The notes beneath the pieces were generated by a model. The model saw only the letters and a list, made by a program, of their open reading frames with translations. It had not been told where the DNA came from and did not search any database. From Marsupella aquatica (Eukaryota; Plantae; Marchantiophyta): DNA of 64,000 bases. Both the position numbers and the translations under genes were made by a program. Location: NCBI GenBank assembly GCA_973895155.1, contig OZ316894.1, positions 2,248,457-2,312,456 on the forward strand, in the 5' to 3' direction. Of the stretch, positions 1 to 11,979 are shown piece after piece. How positions within the stretch are numbered: position 1 is the stretch's first letter; the number at the start of each line of letters is the position of its first letter.

Positions 1-870
1 CCTATATATAAGGCCAACATATATATCGTTCGTCCTACCGTGACGAACGATTGAGGACTGCTATATATGTATGAAGTCGTAGCGATTGGCAGTTGAAGTT
101 CTCCCTTGCCTCTTTGTAAGTGCATATCCATTTGGGGCTGTGGAGCTTCAAGGTCTATTAAGTCGCCGTGACTAACGATGAAGTTGAGGACCCCTATATA
201 TAAGGCCAATGCGCATATGAAGTCGTAGCGATTGGCAGTTGAGGTTCTCCCTAGCTTGCCTCTTTGTAAGTGCATATTCATCTTGGGGCTGTGGAGCTTG
301 AAGGTCTATTAAGTCGGGTTGGAATCCTCCTCTGCGCCGCAATAGATTCTCTATATCTTGGGGCATTGGAGCTCCAAGATCTGTGTTTGTTGAAACCCGC
401 CACTCTATCTCGGGACTTGAAGCTAGATCTGTGTTTGTGGTGTATTATGCTCTGGATATTATTTGTCTCGAGCTGTACATCCGTTTCGTCTAGATCCTCC
501 CCTCCTTACTCGTAGATTGTGGTTGTCCTGCGCGCCTCTCCTCCCGGGCATTCAGCAGTGCAAGGTAGTGTAAAGTCCTGCCGCCGGTTCTCCTCTGTTC
601 GTAATTTGGCAGACTGTTTCTCGACCACTGCAGTTTGGTTTTTGTCTTTGGGAGCAGTGTCTGTTAAGTTTGTTTACTCCGGTTTTCCTCCTTTTGCTTT
701 CATTGTTACTGACTTGACCTTCTCCATCAACGCTGCTGGACATGTTCCCTCCTTTGACTGGACATGTTCCTTTAATTTTATTACGCGCGACTCCGGAGGA
801 AGTCCGTTCGTTAATTGATTTCTCCTCCTTAATTTGCGTGCTCCAATAACTTCTAGAGGTTCCCTCAGCA

Positions 871-1248
871 ATGGTCCATCGAGCTTACGGTGAGCAGCAA
901 CCACATATGAAGGCTCTAACAGTTGGTGGTGTGTTGCATGCAGGCGAGATTGAATGCAGGAATGCACTCACGGACTCTCGACGAAATCCATTTAGGAGAG
1001 CCATGGACCTGGTTTCGACGATGGAGGAACTCAATCCCCCAGCCGCTGAGATGGAGCGACAGATGGACCTGGGTTGGACTGGGGAGGAACTCATTCCCGG
1101 ACTCCCTAACTGGATCACCATCACTAAAATTGCACCGAAGTTGCCATCAAGGGACCTGTGCAGACTCGCCTCACTCAATTCCAGCTGGCGACAGGTGATA
1201 AACAGTCCACGGATTTGGTATGAGAAAGTTGGGCGCTCTCGGAGATAG
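871..1248 (+). pseudogene. F-box-only ORF (kelch-F-box-type motif, no downstream substrate-binding domain)
   Basis: EELIPGLPNWITITKIAPKLPSRDLCRLASLNSSWRQVINS fits the plant F-box pattern LIPGLP..(L/I)...LP......L..V...WR.LI.S. The ORF stops soon after the motif. Confidence 0.6.
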
Positions 1249-1575
1249 AGCTCGTGCGCTCAGAGACTCTATAGCTTTACTCATAAAGCATTTTTGAGAC
1301 TGAGCAAGTTTAGTTATTTGATCGATTGTGGGCTTGATGGCACCAGTGTGCAACCATCCTGAACTTGAGAATACTTAGTGTTTTAATACACGAACTCATA
1401 AACCTTTCTCAATCATGATGGTGTACTGGAAAAAGCTTTTCGAATTGCCTAATTGTGACGTACTCAATTGCCCTTTGTAATTAATTGATAAAGAAAAGTA
1501 TTCCAAAGAGTCAATTTCTCAGTACTCTTCTGCACTTCCAATTGAATTTCAGTTTAGTCCCGGAGCTTCTCTCAC

Positions 1576-1786
1576 GGATCTGAATTAAATTTAGTCAATT
1601 ACATGCAAATAACAAGTGGTCACCACCAAATGTGATATATAACTATATTACACCAATAAAGTGATTAGTGGTAGGGATAGGGATCTGAATTAAATTTAGT
1701 CAATTACATGCAAATAACAAGTGGTCACCACCAAACGCAATATATAACTATATTCCACCAATCCCAAGTGATTAGTGGTAGAGATG
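1576..1786 (+). repeat. Tandem duplication, ~105-bp unit x2
   Basis: GGATCTGAATTAAATTTAGTCAATTACATGCAAATAACAAGTGGTCACCACCAAA starts at 1576 and again at 1681. Confidence 0.9.
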
Positions 1787-3105
1787 GACTTACTAATAAA
1801 TATCAGAATGCATATATAACTAATATGCTTAGCAAGAAAGGCCTCCCATTGTATCTGGCTAGATTGTTAGGGTCTGGATGAGTCTGTTTTGAAGCTATTT
1901 TCAAAAGCCAATTATCCTAGCCAAACATTTTGTGGAAAGCATTATGGCCCTGCCTGAGACCATGCAAAGTTCTTTGTTGTGACCTTACTGGTTTTCCCCT
2001 TCAGCCTGCAATTTTAGAGTTCCTTCCAGGCAAATTAACTACATTTTGTCTGCTCTGCAGCTGCATGCATGAGTATTTATTCCACGCCATAACCTCTCTT
2101 AATATTGCAATTGGATCATATTGTATTTTTCACCTCACACTTTAATCCCTTTGGATGGACATACTAAAATCAAGTGTGTCTAGAGCCTCCAACCCCTGGC
2201 TTGAATACAACCTATATGGAATCTTGCTAGCCAGGATATAATCTTTACAAGTCTGTACATTTCCATAAATTATTGCATTAAAGTTTTAGATGTTATGGAT
2301 TCACCTGTGATTGACTGCTATACTGGAACAAAAAGTTTCTCTTGTAGAACAAACTAAGGTCATTGTTAGAAATTACTCTTAGTTTCCCGTGTAATTAATG
2401 ATCTACTAGCTTGTTGCTCTTTCGTGTCCTCTCTTAGTATCAATCCATGTGCTCATATACTAGGGATGTACGTATACAATTTGATGTTAGGTTTTTTGCC
2501 AATATATGATTACCATGACTCTTCAAATAGTATCTCTGTATCACTTGTATCTTTGTATCACTTGCAATACAATACTGAAGTTGAGTAGTGTATTCCTCAA
2601 TTTCATTATCTGATAAATTTTGTTTGAATTATTCAATTTCTCACATGGTGTCATAGCTTAAGTTTAAAAATTATTTCCTTGGAATTTGGAGCCAGTTGGG
2701 GAGTTGGAAGATTTATCTTTTATAGTGTTTTGGGGAGTCATTAATTTCACACTCTAATTTTCATAGAAAAGTTGTAGCAATTAATTTGAAAATGTCTCAA
2801 ATGGCTTCAGAAATTTTATTGCAGTTCAATTTGTAAAATACTTCTTGGGTGGCCTCTTCCTCCTCCCTTGCGAACTCCAGGTTGTCTGCTCTACAAGCTA
2901 CTAGTCAGAGTACAAAACAACATTCTATATCTTTGACTGTCTTCTACAGAAATTGAAACTGAGTACATGGCTCTACCCCAAGGCCAGTACTGAAGCAATT
3001 TGGCTTAATTAATTCAAAAGCTGCTTACTTTGAAATTAATTGGACGGTCATACAGTAACAGCCATCACTGTAACAAACTCTTCGATCTGTGCTCGCTTGA
3101 ACTGT

Positions 3106-3279
3106 GACAACAAGAATACAACAGGCTTGACAACAAGAATATAACAGGCTCGTCAACAAGAACACAGCAGGCCGTCGCCCCGACCGTCATCATTATTTTG
3201 CTAAACACGTAACATGATAGATCAAAACATATTGACATTTGCTAAACACTTACCATGATAGATCCAAACATGTTGACAT
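3106..3279 (+). repeat. Two short tandem arrays: ~23 bp x3 and ~41 bp x2
   Basis: GACAACAAGAATACAACAGGCTT-like unit occurs three times. TTTGCTAAACACGTAACATGATAGATCAAAACATATTGACA-like unit occurs twice. Confidence 0.8.
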
Positions 3280-4432
3280 GATCCAATATCTATTAATTAA
3301 TGACCAGATCACAAGTTGCAAAATTACAGTTGTATGTCTGACTCAGTGCCTTCAGACTGATCTATCATTGAAGAACAGCATTGATATGTGAGAGTCCTTA
3401 CTAGTATTCTTCCCTTCAGAGATACCATATTTGCATTGATTTCTGTTGTGGTGTGTTTGTAAGTAACTGTGAATTGGTGTTTCAGACATTTTGTCCAAGA
3501 TTTTGTCAAATCAAACAATGTGTATTGAAAGGTGAGGATTTTTATCCACCAAACAATATTAAGTAAAATTGACCAAAACCTCCTCAAAAATTAGTCTCAA
3601 AGTTTGCTAAACTGTTCTGTTTATACAATTGAAACTGACCTAAACTTTGAGAGTTCCCCTGAAGGTACATAATTATATAGAGGAATAGAATTAAGATGAG
3701 AAAAGCTGTCCTTATTTACCTCTCTGTACAGACAAAATCTACCATGAATGCAGAAGTCCAGTTCCTATATAAAACGGGTACTCCCTATTGTCATATAAAA
3801 CGATTGGCTTCTAGAAGAGTCTGTGATTTGGCCTGATGATGTACTCACAGATCTCAAGAAAACCTAATAATTTACTCTCTTCAAATTCCTGGGGAAGACT
3901 TAAGTAGCTCCAACAGAAGCACATGCATCTCCCTTACTATGAGCATCAAGTTGTGTTACTTCAAGATGACACACAATTGAGAGCTCACCATCGATCAACC
4001 ATTACAGCCACCATTACAGCCTGATCACAGCCAAGTCCACGATCTAGATTATAGGGTAGATCATTCAGAAGATGATAGTTCCTTCCATGCCAGCAGGCAC
4101 AAGGCTACGCAACAAATCTATGATTTTCTAATGACATCGATCATACTTTTCATTGCCATCACTGGTAATGCCAGTTTCAGTTCTACAGTCAAAACCAAGT
4201 AAAATTTTCATCAGCCACCTCATTCTATCACCACTCTGCTTAAAGCACCCGTCCAACTAAACATTCAATTGTGTTGTCATGTGACTATGGAAGCTGAGAT
4301 GTATTTTGTTAAACTTCTGTAACACATTATATTTAATGATATCTATCAAGTGTAATCTTTAAATAATAAATTATAGTGTAAACAGTGTACTTATGTAAAA
4401 TAGTGTAATCAAACCAACCAAACGATGGCGAA

Positions 4433-4527
4433 CCAAACGTTCCCAATGCCCATGGCGAACGAAACGTACAATTCTGCAGTGATCGAGAAAGTACGTTTGG
4501 TTCGCCATCGGCATTGGGAACGTTTGG
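4433..4527. repeat. Inverted repeat: 37-bp stem with 2 mismatches, 21-nt loop
   Basis: CCAAACGTTCCCAATGCCCATGGCGAACGAAACGTAC (4433-4469) pairs with GTACGTTTGGTTCGCCATCGGCATTGGGAACGTTTGG (4491-4527). Confidence 0.9.
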
Positions 4528-4907
4528 CAATGCCATGGACCCTAAGCCTTAGCCAAAGTCTCAATCACCTCACTGCTACTACCTTAGCCAACTCAATCGA
4601 TCACTTCGCTGCTGAAGCGATTCTTATCCCCACATACTCTTTGGTGCACCGTGTGATCCACTCATCCAGCCTCCAGCCTTGCCCTAATTGTTTCTAGCTT
4701 CGACACAAGACAGCTCTCGAAAAATATTTACATCTCATCGATCTACCCACGAAGATCCTAGCAGCCAGAATTCGAATCACCCGTGAAATCTATTTCTCTT
4801 CCACCGAATGAGTCACCTACATCTGGCAAATATAGTTACCACACTGACTTGCATACGTGATCCATCCGGAGCCCACCCACCGTCTCTGAATGATGAATGA
4901 TGGAGCG

Positions 4908-6610
4908 GGGGACCCTATAAAGCCAATGCGCAGCATGCAGTCGTAGCATTCGCACTCCAAGTTCTCCCTAAGCTTGCCGCTTTGATAATCGTGCCCATCT
5001 TGGCATGGGGCTGTGGAGCTTGAAAGAGGTCTGTTCCGTCGGGGTTGAGATAGATCCGTTAATTTGCTGACATCCGCCTCTCTATCTGGGGGCTCGAATT
5101 AATGTGTCTCGAGCTACATCGAATCTGTTTAGTTGAGGTCCTCCGCCGATCCTCTCATTCTCAACACTCGTCGACTGCGGTCGTCTGGACTCTCCTCCCG
5201 ATTCAGTAGTCCAAGGTAGTGTAAAATTCTTCTCTGCTTCCAATTTGGCAGTCGACCGGCTTTTAGGCACATATTGATTTTTGTCTTTGGGAGCAGTGGG
5301 CTAATTTCTAAACCAGCTTTTCCTCCTTTTTCTAGATTGTAACAAACTTGACTTTCTTGATCCTCGCTGTTAGTTTGTACATTTCCTCGACAGGTGAAAT
5401 CTGAAATTTGTGTACGCTTGCATGGTGGTCGACCTCATTGTGCCGGCTTTCCTGCCAAGAGGCGTGTTATTTCTGTACTTCCGCGAGGTTGCCCATTTTC
5501 TACTGTAATTTTCTCCTTCGTTGTTTTCGATTGTAATTTTCTCCCTCTTAATTTCTTTTCGACTGTAATCTTTCTTCTTCTTTTTGAAAGGAGCACTTTA
5601 CTTATACTAAAAGTAAAACCCAATGAAGGACTGGGAGTGACAGGCCAGATCAAAAACGATCAGAAAGCCAGCAACCACTCAGGTAATCTTTCCATTACGT
5701 GCTGCTGTTGTGTGGGGTGCGTCAATTAATTCCGTTCAGTCTTCAGTGTTCCAATCTTATCGATAATTTCTAGAGGTTCCCTCAGCAGTTGTCCATCAAG
5801 CTAGATGACGGTGAGGAGCAAGCACATATGAAGGCTCTAAGAGTTGGTAGTGTGTTGCATGCAGGCGAGAACGCAGAAACGCACTCATGGACCCTCCACG
5901 AAATACATTTAGGAAAGCCATGGACCTGATTTCGACTCTGGAGGAACTCATTCCCCCAGCCGCTGAGATGGACCAGCTGGGTTTGACTCTGGAGGAACTT
6001 ATTCCCGGAGTCCCTAACTGCATCAGTATAACTGAAATTGCGTCGAAGTTGTCATCAAGGGATCTGCACAAACTCGCCTTAGTCAGTCGAAGCTGGCGAC
6101 AATTGATAAACAGTCCATTGATTCAGCGTGAGAAAGTTCGTGCTCTCAGAGACTGTCTTGCTCTACTCTCAACGCACATTTGAGAGTGAGTGTATGTGAT
6201 CGAATTTGGGCTTGATGACGATTATGCCTGAGCATGTTTCTTATATAGACCTGACTTAATTTCGCGTACTTAATTGCATGCAAATAATAAGTGATCACTA
6301 CGAAATGATAGAATTGTTTAGATGAGCAATTGTTGTTCCATTTGCAGTCCTGTTGTTGTGGATGTAAGTCAAAGGGCTCCACCAATGCCAATGCAAATGA
6401 TCACCAGTAGAGATGGTCCCAATAAATTTTACACAAGGCCTCAGATTTTATCTGGCTCGATGGTTAACTAAGCGTGAGTGAGTCTGTACGTTCTGAAGCC
6501 CGTTTTGGAGTCAGTACGCAACCTTCGTGGTAGTGTAAGCCTGACCGAGACCCGGCTGCTAAATTATTTGCTTTGACCTGACTGGTTTTTAAATTCAGGC
6601 TGCACTTTTA
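4908..6610 (+). repeat. Copy B of the diverged duplication with ~186-2015
   Basis: Same blocks as copy A in the same order, with indels. Ends are approximate. Confidence 0.7.
5887..6183 (+). pseudogene. F-box-only ORF, paralogue of 871-1248
   Basis: EELIPGVPNCISITEIASKLSSRDLHKLALVSRSWRQLINS aligns directly with the 871-1248 product. Confidence 0.6.
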
Positions 6611-7297
6611 CGGTCTCTTCCGAATCAAGTACATTTTTGCCTGTTCGTATAGATCGATCAGGCACAAGGATCTGTTTCACACTAAAACCTGTGTTATTAC
6701 AACTCATGTTTCGCGTGAAGTTTTGATGATCATTCAAAAGTGCATGTCAAAGCGAATTGATCGACATTTAAGATTAATTCCACAAATTAATGCAACTACC
6801 CGTGACCTCAGCGTACGTACTGGTGCGTAGTCAAATGAGCCCCAGCTGATAGTAAATCCGAACTCCGAAGCTTTTCACAATCAAAGATGTGGCCTCCGGA
6901 AATAGAAGAGATTTCTGTAGATTTGAAATTCAATTGAATCGCAAAAAACTCTTCAGCTCCAGGTTCAGCTCCTATTACGCCACAAACTTTCTGCATCTAG
7001 TGTGGCGTTTGCAGTCAACTAGGATATATCACTCCTTTTGTACACTTGCCCCAGAGGTCTCATACTCTATTGACAAGTCACGTTGTTTATTATTAACAAG
7101 TTATTATTATAAGTCTCAATATTGGATTTTAAAAAAACTAATCTTCTTCCCAGATGATTTTTGAGTTTTCCCTTAGAACTAATCAAATGACATTATGAGA
7201 GCATCCGCACCGGTTTTGCGGTCCGACACTGCAATAGGTAAAAGTTTGTGAGCCGATAACGGCACTAGAAGAATCCGAGGTGAACTGAGACCGCAAT

Positions 7298-7620
7298 ATG
7301 TGACTCATTTTGGCTCATGTGACTTCATTGTGACTCAACGTGACTTGACCCACGCTGTGACCCTTGGAGTTGCAAAAGTTGAGACCAAAAAATGAAAGTC
7401 ACTATTGATACTGGGCTTTGCAACTTGCTTGATACCCATTTGTGACTGATCTATGACTTTATTGTGAAGTCTAGCCTTGTTTCGACGTGACTGCAATATG
7501 ACTTCAGCGAGTCACATCGTAAGTCACATACATGACTTACCCGCATTCAACAACGACTAGCGTGTGACTATTTAGTGTCACAGGAGAGACCAATGGAGAC
7601 CCTGGCTCGCGTCACACAAC
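7298..7620. repeat. CACTA left subterminal repeat region
   Basis: Dense GTGACT/AGTCAC motifs in both orientations next to the TIR, as expected for TnpA-binding subterminal repeats. Confidence 0.75.
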
Positions 7621-8117
7621 AGAACCATTTGGGACTTTATATACTCATGTTTATAACTAATAAGGTTCACATGCAAGTTATAACCATGACTAATGAACAC
7701 AGAGGGACAGTTCATAAGGAGAGAGAGCACTCGACATTACAATACATAGAAACCTGATGTTCTAACTTTAGAAATATAACACATTGAATACAAGAAATGA
7801 ACATAGCATGAATGACATCCACATGAAACAAAGCATCATATAAGCAGATCCTACATAAAACATTCATAAGAATTAAACACAATCACAATCTTGCTAAAAA
7901 ATGAAGATCATTTGAATTCCAATGGAATAGTTTACAATGTGAACAATGTAATTCAGACAAAACAGGAACTCATAATTGATGACTGTAGGATGAGATAACT
8001 GAAAGCACATGCATGATACTATGAATCTCCAAGAGGACATGATTCTTGTACTGCTTCTTGACATCTAAAATCTACATAACATGACTCACACTACAAACAA
8101 ATAATGGCATGACATTG

Positions 8118-11100
8118 TTATGGATCCTCTATGAACTTGCTTGGCCATAATACCAAAGAACCTGCAGCATCTCCAAGTGTCTTTTGAGGAGGATCATCAT
8201 TTGTGTTTGGAATGGGAAGGACAGCTTTAGGTTTCACTAGTAATGTGACTAACACTACTGAATAACCTGGGGGAATCCTCTTGCCATGGAACGTTGTGGA
8301 ACCAACCTACACTCTGCCAAATCCTACTCGTGTTCCACTCTCATCAACAGCTAACAAGCCACTTTGTCCCTCAGCATTAGGTACTTTCCCCACTTCCACC
8401 TTAGATCTTTCTGCCAGCACTGTTCTTGGAGGTTTGTATGAAACCTTTGACGTGGCTCTGCTCCCACCAGCAGACTTGCTTCGTGTGCGCATGCTTCCTC
8501 TCTTCACAGTAGTGAAGCTAGGCTCAGTAGGTTCCTCTGTTAGGACTGTCACGGTAGCAGGTTCATCACCTGGGAGTGTCATACCAACTAACTCTTTGGT
8601 TGGATTTATCTCAACAAGAGGCACACCTGTCATTGAGAATGATACATTCTGCAAATCATTTATCTCTGCAATGGAGTCAAGATCTACATAGCATGAATCT
8701 GGCTCAATGGTATCATTGTCATGCTTGCTGATATCCTCATTTGCCCCAACATTGATATCATCCACTCCCTTGCCAATGTCATCCTCATCCAAACATGGTT
8801 GACTGCCCTCTGTCAAACAAGTTGCTTGTACAGACTGCAACTTTGTTGCCTCTAAATTACAGCGAGTATTTGCCAGGTTCTCATACTTCTTCTCTGTAGC
8901 ACCTGTCTTATTCTCTATGGACACAACAACCACAATATATGTTACTGAAAATAACACATTCAACAAACAATGTCAATTCAAACTATACATTTAATAATCA
9001 TATCCCACACAGTTGTAAAGGCCTTACCTTCAAGCCTACATGTCGTTGGCATGCCAGAAGAGTGCATCGACTTTGCCACCTCAAGTGGTGATGGTGGAAC
9101 TCCTGCAGAATTGGAATCAATTTTATCTCTCACCGACACAACAGCTTCCATTAATGTCTTGAAGTTCACATGGAACAAGTCAGTCAATGAATTCAAACGT
9201 TCATTGATCTCTGGAAGACATGTTTCGACAGCCTTCAAACGACCACTTATCTCTGTAAGTGAAGATCCACCTCCCTACATGACACAGGGGTATAGGTTCA
9301 ATCACTCCATATGAAATGTTGGGCAATATATGCACACAGTGTACACCTGAAATTCAACGCAGGTCATTCAATTACCAATCAGAACTCATATAACTTACAT
9401 GCTTGGAGGATTCAGATGCACCCTCTTGAGCCCGGGTGTTCACAATTTCAGCCCTCAACTCTTCTTTTGAAGGGCTTTGCCCCAATTGGGCTTTCTGCAC
9501 ATGCATGGCAAACACAAGTTATCGATCAATATTCAGGGAACGTACACTAAAAAACAAAGTTTACATGTATGGGTTTACACTAAAAAACAGTACATAGTGT
9601 AGCATAAATTACATAGCTAGGCCATTCATTCTTACCAAACGTTTAGCTGTCGGTGCAGTGCCGGTCCTTCCTGTCAGATTAGGGTTCTGAACACTCAACC
9701 TGGCCTCGGTCATCTGTGAACTCTTCTTTTTTGAAGCATCTGTTACAAAATAAGCTACTAACCTTGCCCACACTTTATCATCACAACTGGCTGGTGGAGG
9801 CATATCTGGCTTCTCCCCACCTTCCTTCCAAGCCTTATGCATTCTCCACCTCTCTTGCTTGATGATTTTACCTGCTGTACTCTCTAGGCAACCTATGTCC
9901 ACGCCATCATCACTGCCCACATAATTCCATTTGGCAGCAACATTTCACATACAGTCTTCCAATCTTTTGGATGCTGTTTTTTAAAATTAATAACACTCAC
10001 ATCTAACCAACGCAATACTTCAGCTTTCAAATCAGCATGCCATCGGTTCTTGCGAGGACACTCAGCATCCACCCATTGTCTCTCATTCAACTTTACGTTC
10101 CCTTTCTTTGTCACCTCCCCTCGTGCACTGCTCTCGGTAGTACTGGGCGTTGTATTGGCCACCCCTTCATTCACCCTACCTGGGGTTCTGAAGCCACCTG
10201 GGAAAATACAATGCCATTCATGCTTGAGAACTACATATAGCAGAATGGATGACGGCAACATTCAATGCTTCACTTCAAGAAAAATTCTTCAAACATACAT
10301 ACCTGTAGCTCTGCCTGTAGATGCCTGTGCAGAGACTGCACTCTGAAATTGTTGCGACCCTGGACCACCTGTCCAGCCTAGTACAGGGGCCAGATGATGT
10401 CACTTTCTAGGTATGTGTGTGCAAACATATGTACTGAAAATTAAGTACAAACTGTAGGAAAACAACTGAACATTCACCGACATACCTGTCCCCCTTCCGT
10501 GCTGCATCTGCATAGGGGCATTAGTGAATACTTGAGTCGATGGTTCGACTGTCCAACCTGCACACATACATTTTCTATCATTATACATGTGCAGAGTCCC
10601 CCCCACGTGAATGGACTCCACATATAATGAGTTCTTCCATTGGTGACAAGATCAGACATTACCTGCCCCTCTTCCAGCGTTTGTAGGTACTGAATTTTGA
10701 TATCCCTGCCAATTACCTTCACCACCTTCCCAACCTTGTTCATTCCACGACCCACCACCATCCTCCCAACCTGGTTCAACCCATGTCTGTCCTTGTGGAC
10801 ATTGGAACTGATCATTACTAGCATTTGCCCAATCAGGTTGGGCAGAATCTGCATGCAATGGCAGGTGGACAGAATTTCATGTTGTCTGAATCCAATACAT
10901 CCCAAACAATGTCAAAAATTGATATGCAGTCTGAAATTCAGGAGTGCCATGCCTTCACAAAGAACTGGCATATAGATATATACTCACATCCCCATGGTTG
11001 AGGTGGACGTCCATACCCACGAGATTGTGGGTTTGGACCTGCTCTGCCTCTACCACGGGCATAACCTAGAGCTTGCCCCCTGCCATAGTATTGGGCACCA

Positions 11101-11809
11101 GCCTGGGATCTACCACTACTACCATCTCGCCAACCTTGATCAGAGGTCAGCCCCCCCTGCTGGTATGGTGCATGCACAGGCTTCGAAGGCAAAACAGAAC
11201 TGGCAGGACGCTGCATCACATCACCAACTACAATGTCAGGAACTAAGCAAGGTACATATGTGTAGTACTGAACATATGAAACCTCTAAACAAGAGTTTTT
11301 AACTCAAAACCTTGTTGGGAAAACTACTTACCTGTTTCTTTTGGGGCTGCTCTACAATGTATTCATCTTCATAACCCCCATCCTCATCCATTTCCTCTGG
11401 AAAATACTCATCATCTGCATCTTCTTGTCTAGTGTCTGCACCGACCTGTGCAGCATCAATGTCATCTTCACATTCTGCCATTGTAGGTACAACCTTCTTG
11501 CTCAACCTGTCACTCCGACGCACAGGCCCAGAGATAGTGCTGGTCACCCTTCTTGCGTACTCCTTTTGTTTCCTTGAAAATGCTGTGGCTCTGCGACATT
11601 CCGATATGAGAATACAGTCACAATTTCAGTGCCACATTGAACTATTCATGTCACACAAACTCAGCGGAGGGGTGTAGTTGAGAATCGTTCCCTTACAATT
11701 CAGCCACATCCTTTTCCAGATCCAGTTCTGCGATTTTGGCTTTCACGTATGCTCGTTGTTCCATAGCTTTCCTTTCATACTCACACATCTCTGTGTCACT
11801 CTGTTCCAT
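8118..11809 (-). pseudogene. CACTA TnpA/ORF2-like multi-exon gene, disrupted
   Basis: Central segment RWHADLKAEVLRWLD...W..V...GKIIKQERWRMHK...CDDKVWARLVAYF...KKSSQMTEAR...PNLTGRTG is Ptta/En-Spm-like. C-terminal ..FHGKRIPPGYS...LPIPN.NDDPP..TLGDAAGSLVLWP is Tnp1/En-Spm-like. In-frame TAG at 8307-8309 and a frameshift near 9900. Exon limits are not fully resolved. Confidence 0.75.
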
Positions 11810-11979
11810 CCTACTGGACCACAAAAACATGTCATCTATGGTCACCCCGTATAACACAATGCAACCCTAAACCCTAAACCACAATCACCAGGCATCCATC
11901 CATACATCTGTGTTGCTTCAGAATTACTTTATTACACATCCTTCCCCTCACTAATGTCCATGCAAACAATTCACATTAC

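Larger units (their letters stand above)
186..2015 (+). repeat. Copy A of a diverged local duplication; partner at ~4908-6610. Bases 1-170 are a further partial copy of its start.
   Basis: Shared blocks in the same order in both copies: GGACCC(C)TATA..AGCCAATGCGCA, GGGGCTGTGGAGCTTGAA, TTTTTGTCTTTGGGAGCAGTG, TTCTAGAGGTTCCCTCAGCA, the F-box ORF, CATGCAAATAA. Ends are approximate. Confidence 0.75.
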
